NCBI RefSeq assembly: GCF_006345805.1
Contig: NC_043008.1
Location: forward strand, 53,072,001-53,136,000
DNA length: 64,000 bases
Source of the DNA: Octopus sinensis
Taxonomy: Eukaryota
Direction: 5' to 3'
In this document: piece by piece, positions 11,971 to 24,295 of the stretch
Layout of the letters: each line of letters begins with the position of its first letter
Position numbering within the stretch: the stretch's first letter is position 1
Made by a program: the position numbers and the translations under genes
Notes under the pieces: model-generated
Told to the model about the DNA's origin: nothing
Databases searched by the model: none
Seen by the model: only the letters and a program-made list of their open reading frames with translations

Positions 11971-13408
11971 AAAAAGATAAATGTTTCTGTTGCTTAAATG
12001 CTTCTCTATTTGAATTAATTTTCTTCTTCCAATACAAGCATGACGACGGCGATGAAAACTAGGCAGCAAAACTTCATTCGTGACACATTTTCGCCAAACC
12101 ATGTTAGTTTTGAGTTTACGGGGGGGTCGATTTTCTGCTTGAATCCTTGATGTATTTTACAATATTTCAACACCAATTTCCGTGTGATGGCGTCCAACTC
12201 CATAAGTTCTAATTTGTATTATCTCTATCGATTATTATTTAATTTAATTTTGACATTCAATAATGAAAGTATCTAATGACCAAAATTATTCCATCATAAG
12301 CACGATTATGCCTTCCATATACTACCATATTTAAGAGTGATGACAGTAAATCGATTGGACTCGCCTTTGCAGATAGCGCGAAAGGTTTAATGGCAGTTCT
12401 AACAATTTAATTAAAGTGATAATAATGCATTACCAAAAAATATTGCAAAATTATTTTTTAAAATTGGATGATTTACATGTAATTATCATTATTATGGAAG
12501 TTTTCTCCATCTCTATATTCTTAGTGAATTTTCGAGGCCTCACTTTATGTTTAACTATTCCTTTGCCAGGAAAGTGTTAAAGACATCATCTTACCTCTCA
12601 TTTTCATTTTACTTCCTTACGCACTTTCTGTTCCACTTATGTGTATGTGTGTGCATGTGACTATATATATATGTGTGTTTGTGTGTGTGTGTGTGCGTAC
12701 GTATATATATGTATGTATATATATGTTTATATACATGTATGTATGTAGAGATATATATATAGATATGCACATTTGTTAATTTTGTTGTTTGTGGATATAT
12801 GCGTATCTTTGTGTGAGAGAGAGAGAGGGAGAGAGGGAGAGAGGGAGGGTGTGTGTGTTGTAAATTTAGGGTAATATTAAGAATAAGGGAACTCGCTGCT
12901 AAATTGTAGAGGAATATAATTTACAGTGATATATCAAATATATAATTTATATATTTGCTAACAGGATATTCCGTTGGACATTCCACCTATTAGTTTCCCC
13001 ATACGACAAATAAGCATGAATTAAGATCCATTTTTCTACCTGCATATGTTGAATTGTAGGAATGCCTGTATTTGACGTGTAAGTTTTTTTTTTCAAAATT
13101 AGTGATAGCGATATCACGCTGATTATCTAAATATTGATAAATAATATATTCGTATGTATTATACTATATACATTCAAACACATATAAGCTTCTATTATCA
13201 TTACTACCAGGTTCATCACATATATCCCTTTGGCATACCAATATCCATATAGTAGCCAATATCCTTACATTTGTCTCTTTGTACCCATCTGAATATCTTT
13301 TATCTATGCATGTACCAGATGGAACAAAATGGCTTTTGTTGGACTCATTGTAACAAGAAAACACACGCATACATACATACACACAGAGATACGCACACAC
13401 ATATACGT

Positions 13409-13482
<74 letters not shown>

Positions 13483-13582
13483 NNNNNNNNNNNNNNNNNN
13501 NNNNNNNNNNNNNNNNNNNNNNNNNNNNNNNNNNNNNNNNNNNNNNNNNNNNNNNNNNNNNNNNNNNNNNNNNNNNNNNNNN
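13483..13582. other. Assembly gap (100 N) at a (TA)n tract
   Basis: Run of N. Confidence 1.
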
Positions 13583-13750
13583 TTCTGTATACATATATAA
13601 ATATATGTGTGCGAGAGTGTGAGTATACGTCTAATGTATGCGTATCTTTTGCTTATGTGTGGCAATATATTTTTGATTATACACTTTCATAGATTTGTAA
13701 TCAATGTTTCTATTCACTATTACATACAAAGTCCCAATTATTAGATTTAG

Positions 13751-13751
<1 letters not shown>

Positions 13752-13793
<42 letters not shown>

Positions 13794-14468
13794 GATATAG
13801 ATATAGATATATATATTGATATAGATATAGACACACACACACACATATATATAGATAGATATAGATATATATATATATTGATATAGATATAGACACACAC
13901 ACATATATATAGATAGATATAGATATATATATATATATATTGATATAGATATACACACACACACACACATATATATAGATATATATAGATATATATATTG
14001 ATATAGATATAGACACACACACATATATATAGATAGATATATACATATATATTGATATAGATATATACACACACACACACACATATATATAGATAGATAT
14101 AGATATATATATTGATATAGATATAGACACACACACATATATATATAGATAGATATAGATATATATATTGATATAGATATAGACACACACACATATATAT
14201 AGATAGATATAGATATATATATTGATATAGATATAGACACACACACATATATATAGATAGATATAGATATTATATTGATATAGATATAGACACACATATA
14301 TATAGATATATATAGATATATATATATTGATATAGATATAGACAGACACACATATATATAGATAGATATAGATATATATATTGATATAGATATAGACACA
14401 CACACATATATATAGATAGATATAGATATATATATTGATATAGATATAGACACACACACACACACACA
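13752..14468. repeat. Minisatellite, ~45-50-bp unit (CA)n-TATATATAGATAGATATAGATATATATATTGATATAGATATAGA
   Basis: About 14 tandem units built from microsatellite sub-blocks. Confidence 0.9.
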
Positions 14469-14620
14469 GAGTGAGGAAGAGAATTTACTTCTTGCAGCTG
14501 TCCTCTCCTATATTCCTGACTTTTATTGCAAACATAATTTCTTAATAAATCTTCGCAAGTAAATGATAAAAGCAAAAACAGATTGAAAACAATTTGGTTT
14601 TAGAAATTTATTCCTGCGAC

Positions 14621-14653
<33 letters not shown>

Positions 14654-14724
14654 TTATAGGAATCATAAATGTGTCTGGAACCAACACAAATAAAAATTTT
14701 AGAAAAGCATTCTTCAGGCAAATG

Positions 14725-14955
14725 TTGCTGTTGTTATTGTTATTGGTGTTGTTTTTTGTTGCTTTTGTCGTTGTTGTTGTTGTTGATATTGCTGTTTTTG
14801 TTGAGGTTATTGTTATTGTTGCTGTTGATGTTTTTGTTGCTTTTATCGTTATTGTTTTTGTTGTTGTTGTTGTTGCTGATATTGCTGTTTTTCTTGTTAT
14901 TTTTGTTGGTGGTGGTGTTGTTCTCGTTGTTGTTGCTGTTGTTGTTGTTGTTAGG
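14725..14955. repeat. Degenerate (GTT)n tract
   Basis: Direct periodicity. Confidence 0.9.
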
Positions 14956-15113
14956 CAACAAGACGGGTAAGAGTGATTAGGCGATCGTCTAGGGCTTACG
15001 GGCGGGAGGCCCCATACCTTTGAAAAAAAAACTTTGGTCGTCTTGTTGTAGTCGAGGGCTCTTCGTTGAGTCCATAAAATAGGATTTGACTACACCTCCA
15101 TTTAGAGCACAGT

Positions 15114-15342
15114 TTAACCCTTTAGCATTTAAACCGGACATATCTGGCCAAAAGTCTTTTGCCTGTTTTATGTTCAAACTGGCCAGATCTGGTCTCTCAC
15201 ACCAGCCCTACAATATCATTTTAAAAATTAACAGCTACCTCATCAAAATCTCATAGCTACAAGATAATGCATGATTAGCTCAAAACAATGTAGATAAAAA
15301 AGGATTAATTCTGGCAGAATAATGCAAACACGAAAGGGTTAA
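15114..15342. mobile_element. piggyBac-type MITE, TTAA-CCC...GGG-TTAA
   Basis: TTAA at 15114-15117 and 15339-15342, termini CCCTTT/AAAGGG; second copy at 48854-49075. Confidence 0.8.
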
Positions 15343-15356
15343 GCTATCCTTTCGTG

Positions 15357-15792
15357 GAAGAAGGTTTATGTTCCTATAACCTGTGTTAATTCTGTAACCC
15401 TTTAAAATGGAAGATAAGAAAGTTCATTTTCGGCACTTGATGCTTTGGAAACAAAACAAAAATTGCTGCAGCTCGGCTGGAATGACTTACCCGACCCTCC
15501 ATATTCACCAGATATTGCTCCTTCGGATTTCCACTTATTCACGTCTCTGCAGAATAGTCTTAATGGTAAAAATTTCAATTCTTTGGATGACGTAAAAAGA
15601 TACCTTGATGAATTCTTTGCCATGAAACCACCTCAATTCTGGGAAGAAGGTATTTTCAAGTTAAAGGAAAGATGGAGACGCATTGTGCAACAAAATGGTT
15701 CATATTTGGTTGATTAAATATGTAATGGCAAGTATTTATTGACCTTTTCCTTTCCTTTACAAATCGGCACGAACTTTCTGGACAACCCAGTA
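15357..15792 (+). mobile_element. Internally deleted mariner transposon (N-terminal 14 codons fused out of frame to the C-terminal ~85 codons; right TIR + TA)
   Basis: MEDKKVHFRHLMLW at 15407; QKLLQLGWNDLPDPPYSPDIAPSDFHLF...GSYLVD* ending 15717; TIR AAATCGGCACGAACTTTCTGGACAACCCAG 15761-15790 followed by TA; left TIR not seen. Confidence 0.92.
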
Positions 15793-16238
15793 GTTATTGA
15801 TAGCAGTTGTTTATCCCCAAAGTCAACTTTATTCGAGCTGACTCAGGACGCTCCAGTTGCGACCATCCTTTTTTTTTGGCATAGTGTATCTAATACTAGG
15901 TTATCCAATGTGTTCTCTTGTCTTTTCCTTTGCTTTGTTTTTAAATATGCCATGGTGATATTTGAGGGGGATTAGGCTGCTTTTTCAAATGTAATTCATT
16001 AAAATATGTGATGCACAATGTCATTTTTGTAAAGAAATGGGGTAAAGGATAATGTCAAGTGGGTTAAATTCCCCTAGGTAAGAGGAAAATTAAAATGCAA
16101 TAGAATTTTAATAGCATGTCTGTTCTGACAAATCTAAATGTGGATATGTGATCTCAGTTGTTTTCCCTCATCAGAAAACACCTCCTCCCTTTATATGTTG
16201 TGTCTTCATAACAGACATGATTCCCTGGTGTAAAGGGA

Positions 16239-16289
16239 ATTTCAGATATCATGGTGTTTTGACCTCTTTGTATGTCTCCTCAGTCAAAG
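16239..16289 (-). ncRNA. Decayed type I hammerhead motif (second monomer)
   Basis: CUUUGA-CUGAGGA-GAC-AUACAAAGAG-GUC-AAAA-CACCAUGAUA-UC|UGAAAU; G12A fits CpG decay. Confidence 0.6.
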
Positions 16290-16579
16290 TTACTCCACTA
16301 GACCAATGATTCTGACAAGAGCACAAACTCTTGTTTGTAAGAAACAACGAAACACTTTTTTACCGATGTATACTGATGCCTGCCAAACATACAATAATTA
16401 ATGAGATGCATGTGGAACAGCAAGAATCCAGACAATAGTGGTATTTTCTTTGTTAATACATCCTGGCAGATACAAACGTGAATAACTCATTACTGTTGTT
16501 TTTCCTCAGAGAACTACTCTTCCTCCTCCTGTTAGATAATATGTATTCACAACACACACACCTCATCAGTGTAAAGAGA

Positions 16580-16628
16580 CTTTGGGACACTGGTGTTTCG
16601 ACCTTATTGTATGTCTCATCAGTCAACG
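16580..16628 (-). ncRNA. Type I hammerhead ribozyme motif with canonical core and GUC cleavage triplet
   Basis: CGUUGA-CUGAUGA-GAC-AUACAAUAAG-GUC-GAAA-CACCAGUG-UC|CCAAAG; predicted cut between 16586 and 16585; stem I has 4 of 6 pairs. Confidence 0.75.
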
Positions 16629-16761
16629 TTACCCTGCTGAGCCAATGTATATGACAAGAGTATGAAATCTTAATTATAGGAATCAATAAACAAATAATTT
16701 GCTGCTGTGTGCTAGTATCTGCCAAACAGATAGTAATTTATTTTATTATATTAAATTACAC

Positions 16762-16950
16762 TGAGGTGGTGAGATGGCAGAGTTGTTAGCAAACCAGATG
16801 AAATGCCTTGATGTTCTGAGTTCAAATGCCACTGAGGTGGACTTTCCTTTCATCCTTTAAGGGTTGGTGAAACAAGTAGAAGTTGAGTACTGGGGCCAAT
16901 TAATCAACTAGCTTCTTCCCACAAACCTCAAGCCTTGTGTCTATAACAGA
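16762..16950 (+). mobile_element. SINE family A, heavily CpG-decayed
   Basis: GGTGGTGAGATGGCAG... versus young copies GGCGGCGAGCTGGCAG... Confidence 0.7.
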
Positions 16951-16954
16951 AAGG

Positions 16955-16987
<33 letters not shown>

Positions 16988-16990
<3 letters not shown>

Positions 16991-17175
16991 TAGTTTTATT
17001 TTTATAGCATGCCTTCACTTCACTACCGAGCGCAGCTCTGTTGTGCCTTGGGTATGTGCTTTGATTTGTTGTGATGCTCTGATGGTTATTGTATGGAAAG
17101 TGTTCTGCATAGGATGTGTTGCAGTGCCTAGTAGTGCAATTTTCTGTATGTTATATGTGTTTGTAAGTCCTGGTG
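16988..17175 (-). mobile_element. 3' end and UTR of RLE-type LINE with (TAA)n tail
   Basis: Minus strand KTPGLTNTYNIQKIALLGTA(fs)...; 3' UTR ends in (AAT)n. Confidence 0.65.
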
Positions 17176-17230
17176 TTTTTGTTATGTATTTTGTATTGAA
17201 TATTTATTATTAGTATTATTATTATTATTA

Positions 17231-17270
<40 letters not shown>

Positions 17271-17495
17271 GAGTGAGAGAGCAGTGCATGACCATAAAGT
17301 GACACTGGGGTAAAATATACGAAGCCCAGTATACCACCAAGAGCTGCATGTAAGTTTATATATATAATATATATTATATATATAATATATATATATATAT
17401 TCATACACACATACATAGATGCATATTATATATATATATATAAAATCATATACATATATATATACACACACATATATATATACATATAAGTATAC

Positions 17496-17534
<39 letters not shown>

Positions 17535-18126
17535 ATATGAGTATATGTATTTATATATACGTATACAAACATACATAAATACATACATGCATATATTTAA
17601 ATGCATACATGCACACATAAATACATACATGCATAAATACGTACATACATGCATACATACATACATACATGCATACATACATACATATATAATACATACA
17701 TACATACATTTAAATTTCATCATTGACCCCTGGGAGATGAACTGTAAAATATAAAATTGGCCCCTGACAGCTGGGAATTCAGATCAAGACAGATAAACCT
17801 AAATAGTTTAATCCATTTAGCACAGTGACCTACTCCTTCAGAAATAATTAAATTAGCGCATTCTAAAATATTATGGAAGCAAATTGCTTTGGTTAATTCC
17901 GCAGTGTGAATAATTAAAAAGAAATAGGCAAGTAGTTCACCAGCATTGTATTTAATCAGTATGGGAGCATATATACATATACATACAAACATATATACAC
18001 ACACACATATATACATATATACACATATACATAAATATAATATATATATCAATCATCCAGACTATCTTTGATGTTCATAGGATAAGTAAAGATATCTAAG
18101 TTTGTAACAATCAATGTTATGCTTAT

Positions 18127-18163
<37 letters not shown>

Positions 18164-18239
18164 ATATCTATCTATCTATCTATCTATCTACTATCTATCT
18201 ATCTATCTATCTCTCTATCTCTTTATAAATATATATTAT

Positions 18240-18305
<66 letters not shown>

Positions 18306-19217
18306 CTATTATAAATATATATATAATATATATATATATATTGATAATTATATATATAAACATACATATACACAGCATCTAGACTATCTCAGATATCCAT
18401 GATGTGAGCAAAGATATATATGTGTGTACATTAATGATGTACTTCTCTTGTATGTGTGCGAGTATGTGTGGTGTGTGTGTGTGTGTGTTGTGTGTGTGTG
18501 TGTACAGAGTGTGGGAATATAATACAATGTCATAAATACACACAAAATGAAAATAACACATTGTACATATATATATATTATATATATATAATATATATTA
18601 TATATATATACATATATATACCAATACCACACTTCCTCTGAAAAGATGCTTGTCTTGCAAGTTATTTCATCATCTTTCCAATTTTTGGTGCCACAAAAAA
18701 AAGAAGCATTCAGTCCACATTGTAAAGGGATTGGCATTCGGAAGGGCATCCAACCATAAAACAAAAAACCCTGTCAAAACTGACCTTACTGTGCTGGTGC
18801 CAGGTAAAAATCACTCAGGTCACTCTACAGATTGGTTGATGTTAGCAAGGGCATCCAGCCATAAACACCATGCCAAAACAGACACCGAGGTGTAGTGCAA
18901 TCTTCTGCCTAGCCAGCTCCTATCAAACAGCTCAACCCATGCCAGCCTGGGAAGCGGACATTAAATTGTGATGATGATGATATACATATATATATATAAA
19001 ACTAATCCAGCCTCTGCTAGTTGCACATAAGAACCATTGAGTTAATTCTGCAGAGTGGTTGGTGTTAAGAAGGGCATCCAGCTGTAAAATCCTTGCCAAA
19101 CTGGACACCGTAGTGTAGGGTAGTTTTCTACCTGGCTGGCTCTTGTCAACTGTCCTACCCATGCATGCATGAAAGACAGGGTGTTAAATGATGATGATGA
19201 TGATGATGAAGATATAG

Positions 19218-19875
19218 AAGTGGCTGTGTGGTAAGTAGCTTGCTTCCCAGCCACATGGTTCTGGGTTCAGTCCCACTGCATGGAACTTTGGGCAAGTGTC
19301 TTCTACTATATATTTCTTTACTGCCCACAAGGAACTAAACACAAAGGGGACAAACAAGAACAGACAAACGGATTAAGTCAATTACATCAACCCCAGTGCG
19401 AAACTGGTGCTTAATTTATCGATCCTGAAAGGATGAAAGGCAAGGTCGACCTGGGCAGAATTTGAACTCACAACGTAATGACAGACGAAATACCGCTAAG
19501 CATTTCACCCGGCGCGCTAACGTGTCTGCCAGCTCGCCATCTTTAGTGTCTTCTGCTATAGCCTCGAGCTGACCAATGCCTTGTGAGTGGATTTGGTAGA
19601 CGGAAACTGAAAGAATCCATCGTATATATATATATGTGTGTGTCTGTGTGTGTGTATTTATATGTTTGTGTGTCTGTGTTTGTCCCCCACAACATCGCTT
19701 GACAACCAATGCTGGTGTGTTTTCGTCCCCGTCACTTAGCATTTCAGCAGGAGAGACCAATAGAATAAGTACTCGGCTTACAAAGAATAAGTCCTGGGGT
19801 CGATTTGGTCGACTAAAGGTGGTGCTCCAGCATGGCTGCACTCAAATGACCAAAACAATTAAAGAATAAAAGAGT
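19218..19875 (+). mobile_element. SINE family B interrupted by an antisense SINE family A (19312-19540)
   Basis: AGTGTCTTCT(A/G)CTATA duplicated on both sides of the inner element. Confidence 0.8.
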
Positions 19876-19894
19876 ATATATATATCACCGTCAA

Positions 19895-20198
19895 CGTCAC
19901 CGTGACTGACCAGGCTATCAGATGTTGCTACACATCGCTGGTCACAATGCGCTTTGCATTGTTTTAGCCTTAAAGTGACACCACCCCGCTGGTTAAGCAA
20001 GCAGGCCAACAGAAGAAAGAGTGAGAGAAAGTTGTGGTGAAAGAGTACAGCAGGGATCGCTACCAACCCCAGCTGTTGCCTTGTGGAGCTTTAGGTGTTT
20101 TCGCTCAATAAACACTCACAACGCCCAGTCTGGGAATCGAAACCGCGATCCTACAACTGTGAGGCTGCTGCCCAAACCACTGGGACATTGTGCCTCCA
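19895..20198 (-). mobile_element. tRNA-derived SINE family C-related copy
   Basis: Head TGGAGGCACAATGTCCCAGTGG...GGTTTCGATTCCC; shares CCACAACTTTCTCTCACTCTTTC with 22195-22506. Confidence 0.7.
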
Positions 20199-20799
20199 CA
20201 CATACACACACACACATATATATATATATACAAACGCACACACACACATACACACTAGGAAGGGCATCCAGCTGTAGAAACATTGCCAGATAAGACCGGA
20301 GCCTGGTGCAGCCTTCAGGCTTCCCAGATCCCCTGTCGAACCGTCCAACCCATGCTAGCATGGAGAACGGACGTTAAACGATGATGATGATGATGATGAT
20401 GATGATGATATATATATATATATATATATACAAACACACACACACATTAACTAGATTATTTGCTGTACCAGTGGTGTGAATAATGAGATGTAAATGTGTG
20501 AACCAATGTTGTGCTCAATCTCTATTTATCTCCTCTATGGAAGCTCTTCAAGTATTTGGAATATACCGTTATTAGCATTTTCAGCATTTTTGCTATGTTA
20601 AATATTATCGTTGATGGGTTATCTCTTTTTTTTAAATCCTTGGTTTCAAAGAGAAATTTATTGAATATCTCTCCATTATAGAAACAAAATTTTATTAAAT
20701 ATATCAATGAGACAACCCAGATAGTGTTGACAAATTGACAAATTACGAAAACATATAAAGACCACCATTTTTTGAAGGATATGCAGTAAGTTTGTGTGG

Positions 20800-21190
20800 G
20801 AAGTAGCTTGCTTACGAGCCACAATGTTCCGGGTTCAGTCCCACTGCGTGGCACTTTGGTCAAGTGTCTTCTACGATAGCCTCAGGCCGACCAAAGCTTT
20901 GTGTGTGGATTTGGTAGACGGAAACTGAAAGAAGCCCATCGTATATATGTATATATATATATATATGCGTGTGTGTGTTTGTGTGTCTGTGTTTGTCCCC
21001 CTAGCATTGCTTGACACCCGATGCTGGTGTGTTTATGTCCCCGTTACTTAGCGGTTCGGCAAAAGAGACCGATAGACTAAATACTGGGCTTACAAAAGAA
21101 TAAGTCCCGGGATCGAGTTGCTCGATTAAAGGCAGTGCTCCAGCATGGCCGCAGTCAAATGACTGAAACTTGTAAAAGAGAAAGAGATAT
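20800..21190 (+). mobile_element. 5'-truncated SINE family B flanked by a 75-bp direct duplication
   Basis: 20725-20799 versus 21191-21265, 6 mismatches. Confidence 0.8.
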
Positions 21191-21429
21191 TGTTGACAAA
21201 TTGACAAATTACAAAATCATATAAAGACCACCATGCTTTGAAGGTTATGCAGTAAGTTTGCGTGGAATCACGAGTAGATTGATGCCGGAATCAAATTCAG
21301 GCCTATATCTTTTGTTTTTATATTATATAATTTATTTCAAGGAGTAAAGGTAGCATCTATGACCCATTATTCATGGCCTCCATAATGAGTGAGGGTCAAG
21401 GAGGGAGAAAGTATGACTCAGAGGTTACC

Positions 21430-22028
21430 TATTTCTTTATTACCCACAAGGGGCTAAACATAGAGGGGACAAACAAGGACAGACATAGGTATTAAGTCGA
21501 TAACATCGACCCCAGTGCATAACTGGTACTTAATTTATCGACCCCGAAAGGATGAAAGGTAAAGTCGACCTCGGCGGAATATGAACTCAGAACGTAACGG
21601 CATACGAAATACCTATTTCTTTACTACCCACAAGGGGCTAAACATAGAGGGGGCAAACAAGGACAGACATAGGTATTAAGTCGATAACATCGACCCCAGT
21701 GCGTAACTGGTACTTAATTTATCGACCCCGAAAGGATGAAAGGTAAAGTCGACCTCGGCGAAATTTGAACTCAGAACGTAACAGCAGACGAAATACCTAT
21801 TTCTTTACTACCCACAAGGGGCTAAACATAGAGGGGGCAAACAAGGACAGACATAGGTATTAAGTCGATAACATCGACCCCAGTGCGTAACTGGTACTTA
21901 ATTTATCGACCCCGAAAGGATGAAAGGTAAAGTCGACCTCGGCGAAATTGAACTCACAACGTAACGACAGACGAAGTACGGCTACGCATTTCGCCCGGCG
22001 CGCTAACGTTTCTGCCAGCTCGCCGCCT
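21430..22028 (-). mobile_element. Trimeric SINE family A insertion (head + 3 x 184-bp body/tail) with 18-bp TSD
   Basis: Units start 21427/21611/21795; TSD TATGACTCAGAGGTTACC at 21412-21429 and 22029-22046. Confidence 0.9.
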
Positions 22029-22194
22029 TATGACTCAGAGGTTACCGTTGTAGGAACTGACACACCTAAAGTTATTTGCAGACTGGAGACATGCTCCTTA
22101 GGCCAGCTTCTTAATGTTTGCAATAGAGTGGACTCCAATAAAGGTATCCAAGAACCAAGGAGTTAGTTATGAACCAGGTAATATATCGAGTAGT

Positions 22195-22506
22195 GGAGGC
22201 ACATGGCCTAGTGGTTAGCGCAGCAGACACGCGGTCGAGGGATCGGGGGTTCGAATCTCAGACCGGGCGATGTGTGTGTTTATGAGTAACAACACAACAC
22301 CTAAGCTCCACGCGGCTCCGGCAGAAGGTAATGGCGAACCTCTGCTGAATCTTTCGCCACAACTTTCTCTCACTCTTTCCTCCTGCACCTTGCAGCTCAC
22401 CTGCGACGGACCGGCGTCCCGTCCGGGTGGGGAACCTACACGCCAGGAATGTGGGAAACCGGCCATTATGAGCCAGGCATGGCTCCAGAAGGAACAAACA
22501 ACAACA
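22195..22506 (+). mobile_element. Young full-length tRNA-derived SINE family C
   Basis: A-box TGGCCTAGTGG, B-box GGTTCGAATC, CpG-rich body, (AAC)n tail. Confidence 0.85.
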
Positions 22507-22893
22507 TCGTGGCTTAATGGTTAGGGTGTTGGCGTCACAATTGCAAGATTGTGGTTACGATTGCTGCACCAGAGAGTATCCTTTGCCCATCAGTCTAATG
22601 AATCAGTACAATAAGTACCAGCTATATACTAGGGTTGATTCAATCCATCAACGATGCCTCTGTCAATGGCCTCGCATAATGTATAACTATGCATCTCATC
22701 AAAGCAAAATTGTATTTAATTTTAAACTGTTTTGAAGATTTAGGAATATCTGTGTTTAAATTATTAAAGATAGATTAACTGTCTGGCTTTGGTGACTATT
22801 TTGAAGCTAAGTCATAATTATCTTGCACAAACAAATATATTATTATCCTCATCATCATCATCACCATCACCATCATTACCATCATTATTATTG

Positions 22894-22941
<48 letters not shown>

Positions 22942-23012
22942 TATTATTATTATTCTATGTTTGACTTTTGCTTTACATTTGCACAAGCTGGCTCCAAGTC
23001 TCAAGAGACAAC

Positions 23013-23051
<39 letters not shown>

Positions 23052-23257
23052 TATTATTATTGAGGTGGCAAACTAACGGAACCATTAGCACGCTAGACAA
23101 AATACTCAATGTCATTTCATCTGCTGTTATGTTCTGAGTTCAAATTCCACTGATGTCGACTTTGCCTTTTATCCTTTTGGGGTCAATAAATTAAGTAATA
23201 GTTGAGTCCTGGGGTTGATGTAATCGACTATTCCCCTTCCCCAAATTTTAGGCCTTG

Positions 23258-24295
23258 TGTCCATTCATTGATTCTATGACTATTCCAGTCAGTTATCTCT
23301 CTCTATATAAACGGCAGTTTGTCTGTCTGCGTGTCTGTGTGTCTGTTAGGTTGTACCCTCACCCTGACCACGGCTTTCAACCGATTCTGATGAAACTTGA
23401 CACACACATAGCCCAATGTCATAATTCAAAACTAATGCAGCGAAAATTTTGAAAAGTTCCCCCAGTTCTGAAAAAAATCGATAAATTTGACAGAAACACA
23501 AACCACAGACTGTCTAGGGGACGCAACTCGACCTTTTTAACTCTCAAAAAAAATTTACCATAATTTTTTTCCCATTTTTTTGCTATTTTTTGGCTATAAC
23601 TCTCTAAAAATGCTTTATAGTTATTTCCCTTACAAACCCGAGCAACGCCGGGCGATACTGCTAGTTTCCACATAAGTGGCAAGTAGGACATCGGCCTGTA
23701 ATTGTCTTCTGTATTACCTTCTTCAATATTTCTCAAGCACAGCACTGTCCAACCCATTGACTAGTGTTATTTGGTCGGCACTTAACAAGGTGTTGAGTTG
23801 TGCAGCTATTCATGCATGACATTCGCCAAATTTTTTGATCCAGTAGCTTTGAACTCCACCTGGTCCCAGGGCCTTCCAGTTGCCCATTTTTTTGCTGGTC
23901 TCCTTCCCTTGCCTAACTGAAATTACTAGTTCTGCCTGCTTTGGCCAGATTACTGTTTGTTTCAGTTCTTGAAACCATTCCGCATCCTTCTTGTGCACCT
24001 TGTCTTTGCTCCAGAAGTCACTCCAAAACCTTTGGCTTTCAATATTATCTGGTATCAACTTTTCATCTGTACACCACTCTCCATTTATTTCTTTGTAGAA
24101 TCTCTTCTGATCTACTCTGAATAACCTATTCTGCTGGCATCCCTTCATTCTTTGGTCTTATCTTACCATCTTTGCTTTCTTTGCAATGAAGCACTGTTTC
24201 AGTTCCTCTATTACCATTTTCAGGCCCTTTCTCTCAATATTATACTTTCTGTTCAGTGCCCTGTATTTTTGTTCACTTTTAAGCTTCCCCTTCTC

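Larger units (their letters stand above)
16095..16745 (-). mobile_element. Diverged ~341-bp tandem repeat (~1.9 monomers), one type I hammerhead per monomer: retrozyme-like
   Basis: The two units align by eye along their length; HHR motifs at equivalent positions 16239-16289 and 16580-16628. Confidence 0.7.

Noticed and set aside
16160-16176. Extra CUGAUGAGG motifs (16165-16174 and 16561-16569, minus) in the retrozyme-like repeat as second ribozymes
   Set aside because: Not at equivalent positions in the two monomers and lacking a stem II/GAAA partner
21427-22028. Regular repeats as a CRISPR-like array
   Set aside because: Contiguous 184-bp SINE units without unique spacers; eukaryotic context
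22195-22270. Possible tRNA gene
   Set aside because: A/B boxes present but no closed cloverleaf or acceptor stem; runs into a repeated SINE body
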